Of a DNA stretch of 64,000 nucleotides, positions 62,191-64,000 are shown piece by piece. The first letter of the stretch is position 1; each line of letters begins with the position of its first letter. The translations under genes were made by a program, and so were the position numbers. Source of the stretch: an uncultured Candidatus Rokubacteria bacterium (GTDB lineage: Bacteria > Methylomirabilota > Methylomirabilia > Rokubacteriales > CSP1-6); assembly GCA_963747235.1 (NCBI GenBank), contig CAVVEU010000013.1, positions 224,001-288,000 on the forward strand, given 5' to 3'. The notes below the pieces were generated by a model, which was not told where the DNA came from, searched no databases, and saw only the letters and a list, made by a program, of their open reading frames with translations.

Positions 62191-63237
62191 CTGGCCAGCG
62201 GCGACGACCCGATCGAGCGCCTCTTCGCCCGGGGTGTGACCGACGGGCTCCCCGCGGTGCCGCCCACCGCGGCGCGCGTCGCGGCGATGGTGGCCGCGTC
62301 GGGTCGATCCCGCGATGAGCTCGTGGCGGAGATGCCGCCGAATCTCGGGCGCGCCACCGTCGAGCGGATCGCGGTCAACGCGGTGATGGCGGGCTGCCGA
62401 CCCGAGTACTTCCCGGTGGTGCTGGCCGCGGTCGAGGCCGTCTGCGACGACCGCTTCTGCCTGCTCGGCGTCTCCGGGACCACCGACGCGGTGGCCCCGC
62501 TCGTGATCGTGAACGGGCCGATCCGGCACGCGCTCGACATCAACTCCGGCGCGGGCGTCTTCGGTCCCGGCTGGCGCGCCAACGCGACGATCGGCCGGGC
62601 GGTGCGGCTCTGCTGGGTCAACATCGGCGGCGCGCGGCCGGGCGTGATCAGCATGTCCACCTTCGGAGGCCCCGGGCGCTACACCTACTGCATCGGCGAG
62701 AACGAGGAAGCGAGCCCGTGGGAGCCGCTGCACGTCGAGCACGGCTTCGAGCCCGGGGAGAGCACGGTGGCGGTGCTCGCGGCGGAGGCCCCGCAGATCG
62801 TGGCCGATACCCGGAGCCGGAACGCGGTGGACCTGCTCACCACGATCGTCCGGAGCGTCGAGGTGATCGCGCATCACAAGGCCACGGGGCTCGGCGACAC
62901 CGCGCTCGTCTTCTCGCCCGAGCACGTCACCACGCTGGCCGCGGACGGCTGGTCCAAGGCCCGCGTCCGCGACTTCCTCTGGGAGCGCCTCCGCAAGCCG
63001 GTGCGTGACCTCCTGCCGGGTCGGGACGGCGGGGAAGGGCTCTCCGACGAGGCGCTGGCCGCGTTCCCCGAGGGGACGCGCGACGAGGCGCTCGTGCCGA
63101 AGTTTCAGGCGCCGGAGAGCCTCAAGCTCCTGGTGGCGGGCGGTCCCGCGGGCCGCTTCACCGCGATCGTGCCGGGCTGGCCGTTCCGCAACGCGCCCTC
63201 GCGAATGGTCTTCCGGAAGATCGCGTCGAGCGGCTAG
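62191..63237 (+). CDS. Conserved hypothetical protein (DGLPxVPPT family); start uncertain (CTG 62191 or GTG 62236)
   Basis: GVTDGLPAVPPT, IAVNAVMAGCRPEY, NATIGRA, ENEEASPW motifs. Confidence 0.75.
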   Translation: MASGDDPIERLFARGVTDGLPAVPPTAARVAAMVAASGRSRDELVAEMPPNLGRATVERIAVNAVMAGCRPEYFPVVLAAVEAVCDDRFCLLGVSGTTDAVAPLVIVNGPIRHALDINSGAGVFGPGWRANATIGRAVRLCWVNIGGARPGVISMSTFGGPGRYTYCIGENEEASPWEPLHVEHGFEPGESTVAVLAAEAPQIVADTRSRNAVDLLTTIVRSVEVIAHHKATGLGDTALVFSPEHVTTLAADGWSKARVRDFLWERLRKPVRDLLPGRDGGEGLSDEALAAFPEGTRDEALVPKFQAPESLKLLVAGGPAGRFTAIVPGWPFRNAPSRMVFRKIASSG

Positions 63238-63758
63238 CCGCTGTCCATCTGCGCCGGGCGCTTCACCCGGTCGCCGGGTCGCAGGTTCAGGATGGCCTCC
63301 GGGAACACCCGTGCCAGCCATCCCACCACGTCGTTCACGGTCACGACGCCGATCGGATGGTGATTGGCGTCCACCAGCGGCACCGTGCGATAGCCGGCGC
63401 TGTGCATGCGGTTGATGGCGAAGCAGATACGGTCGTCGGGGGTGAGCGCCTCGGGGTTGGCGGTCATGACCTCCGCCAGCCGCGTCCGGGCGAGGTCGCG
63501 CCCCTGGCGGACCACCCGCGTGAGCAGGTCACGCTCGGTGAAGATGCCGATCAGCCGGCCGGCCGGGTCCACGATCACCACGCCCGCGCGATGGCTGTCC
63601 ACCATCCGCGTGACCGCCTCCGCGACGGAGGCATCCGGGAGCAAACGGATCGGCTCGCTGGGGGCGAGCAGCCGCACCTCGTCGCTGAGCAGGGCGTCTT
63701 CGAGCTTGCGGAACTCCGCGTCGAGGGACTCGGAGTACTCGTCATGGAACTCGCTCAT
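63234..63758 (-). CDS. CBS domain pair protein
   Basis: GRLIGIFTERD, VMTANP, VPLVD...GVVT motifs; GAGGTG RBS. Confidence 0.9.
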   Translation of the reverse strand: MSEFHDEYSESLDAEFRKLEDALLSDEVRLLAPSEPIRLLPDASVAEAVTRMVDSHRAGVVIVDPAGRLIGIFTERDLLTRVVRQGRDLARTRLAEVMTANPEALTPDDRICFAINRMHSAGYRTVPLVDANHHPIGVVTVNDVVGWLARVFPEAILNLRPGDRVKRPAQMDSG

Positions 63759-63782
63759 GGCCGCCACCTCGAGGGGTGGAGC

Positions 63783-63812
63783 ATGCTAGGCGCGCGGCCA
63801 TCGTCGTGTCAA
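63783..63812 (-). promoter_or_regulatory. Sigma-70 promoter for the CBS gene
   Basis: TTGACA-N18-TAGCAT. Confidence 0.55.
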
Positions 63813-64000
63813 GACTGGGAAGGCGCGTGCCTACTCAGGGAGCGGAAGCGCCCAAGCTTGGTGCAGGCCTTCCCATCGCGCTGCGCGCGGCGCTGCGGGC
63901 GGACGACACGCTGGCGTGAGGCCGGCGGCGCTACTTGAAGCCAGCTGTCGGGCGATCGCGGTTAAGTAGCTGATGTGGCTCACGTCGCCGCGTGCAAGTC

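Noticed and set aside
63818-63833. Sigma-54-like AGGCACGCGCCTTCC upstream of the CBS gene
   Set aside because: CC at -12, and a good sigma-70 promoter lies closer to the gene.
63931-64000. Possible 3' end of a minus-strand gene at the window edge
   Set aside because: Too short to recognise; no motif support.

Overview
Very GC-rich bacterial DNA, densely coding. The gene content resembles Candidatus Rokubacteria/Methylomirabilota, which is an inference only. I saw no rRNA, tRNA, CRISPR array or transposase. About 15 recognisable genes carry single-base indels, most likely long-read assembly errors. Layout: (1) 1-23.5 kb holds branched-chain amino-acid ABC transport and catabolic enzymes (hydantoinase A/B, SDRs, HAD, LLM, MetE-II, Rieske oxygenase). 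(2) 23.5-29.3 kb is a tightly coupled operon of adenylation enzyme, acyl carrier protein, MBOAT-like protein and LtaS-like sulfatase. It is dlt-like but lacks DltD. (3) 29.4-60.5 kb is a stress/dormancy-type region with SOD, small membrane proteins, TreS-Mak-GlgE, GlgM, TreY-TreZ, degenerate TreT- and Ggs-like glycosyltransferases, an MscS-TM protein, PsiE, an NtrC-type enhancer-binding protein, a pseudo-receiver ANTAR protein, SPOR, MlaC, PBP1B, PilZ and a solitary MreB. The main observation is that region 3 contains nine good and one weaker sigma-54 (-24/-12) promoter matches, all intergenic and correctly oriented. Several are accompanied by a GG(T/A)AA-N3-TT(A/T)CC palindrome roughly 90-140 bp upstream. 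This suggests a sigma-54-driven general stress and morphogenesis regulon controlled by the co-located bEBP.
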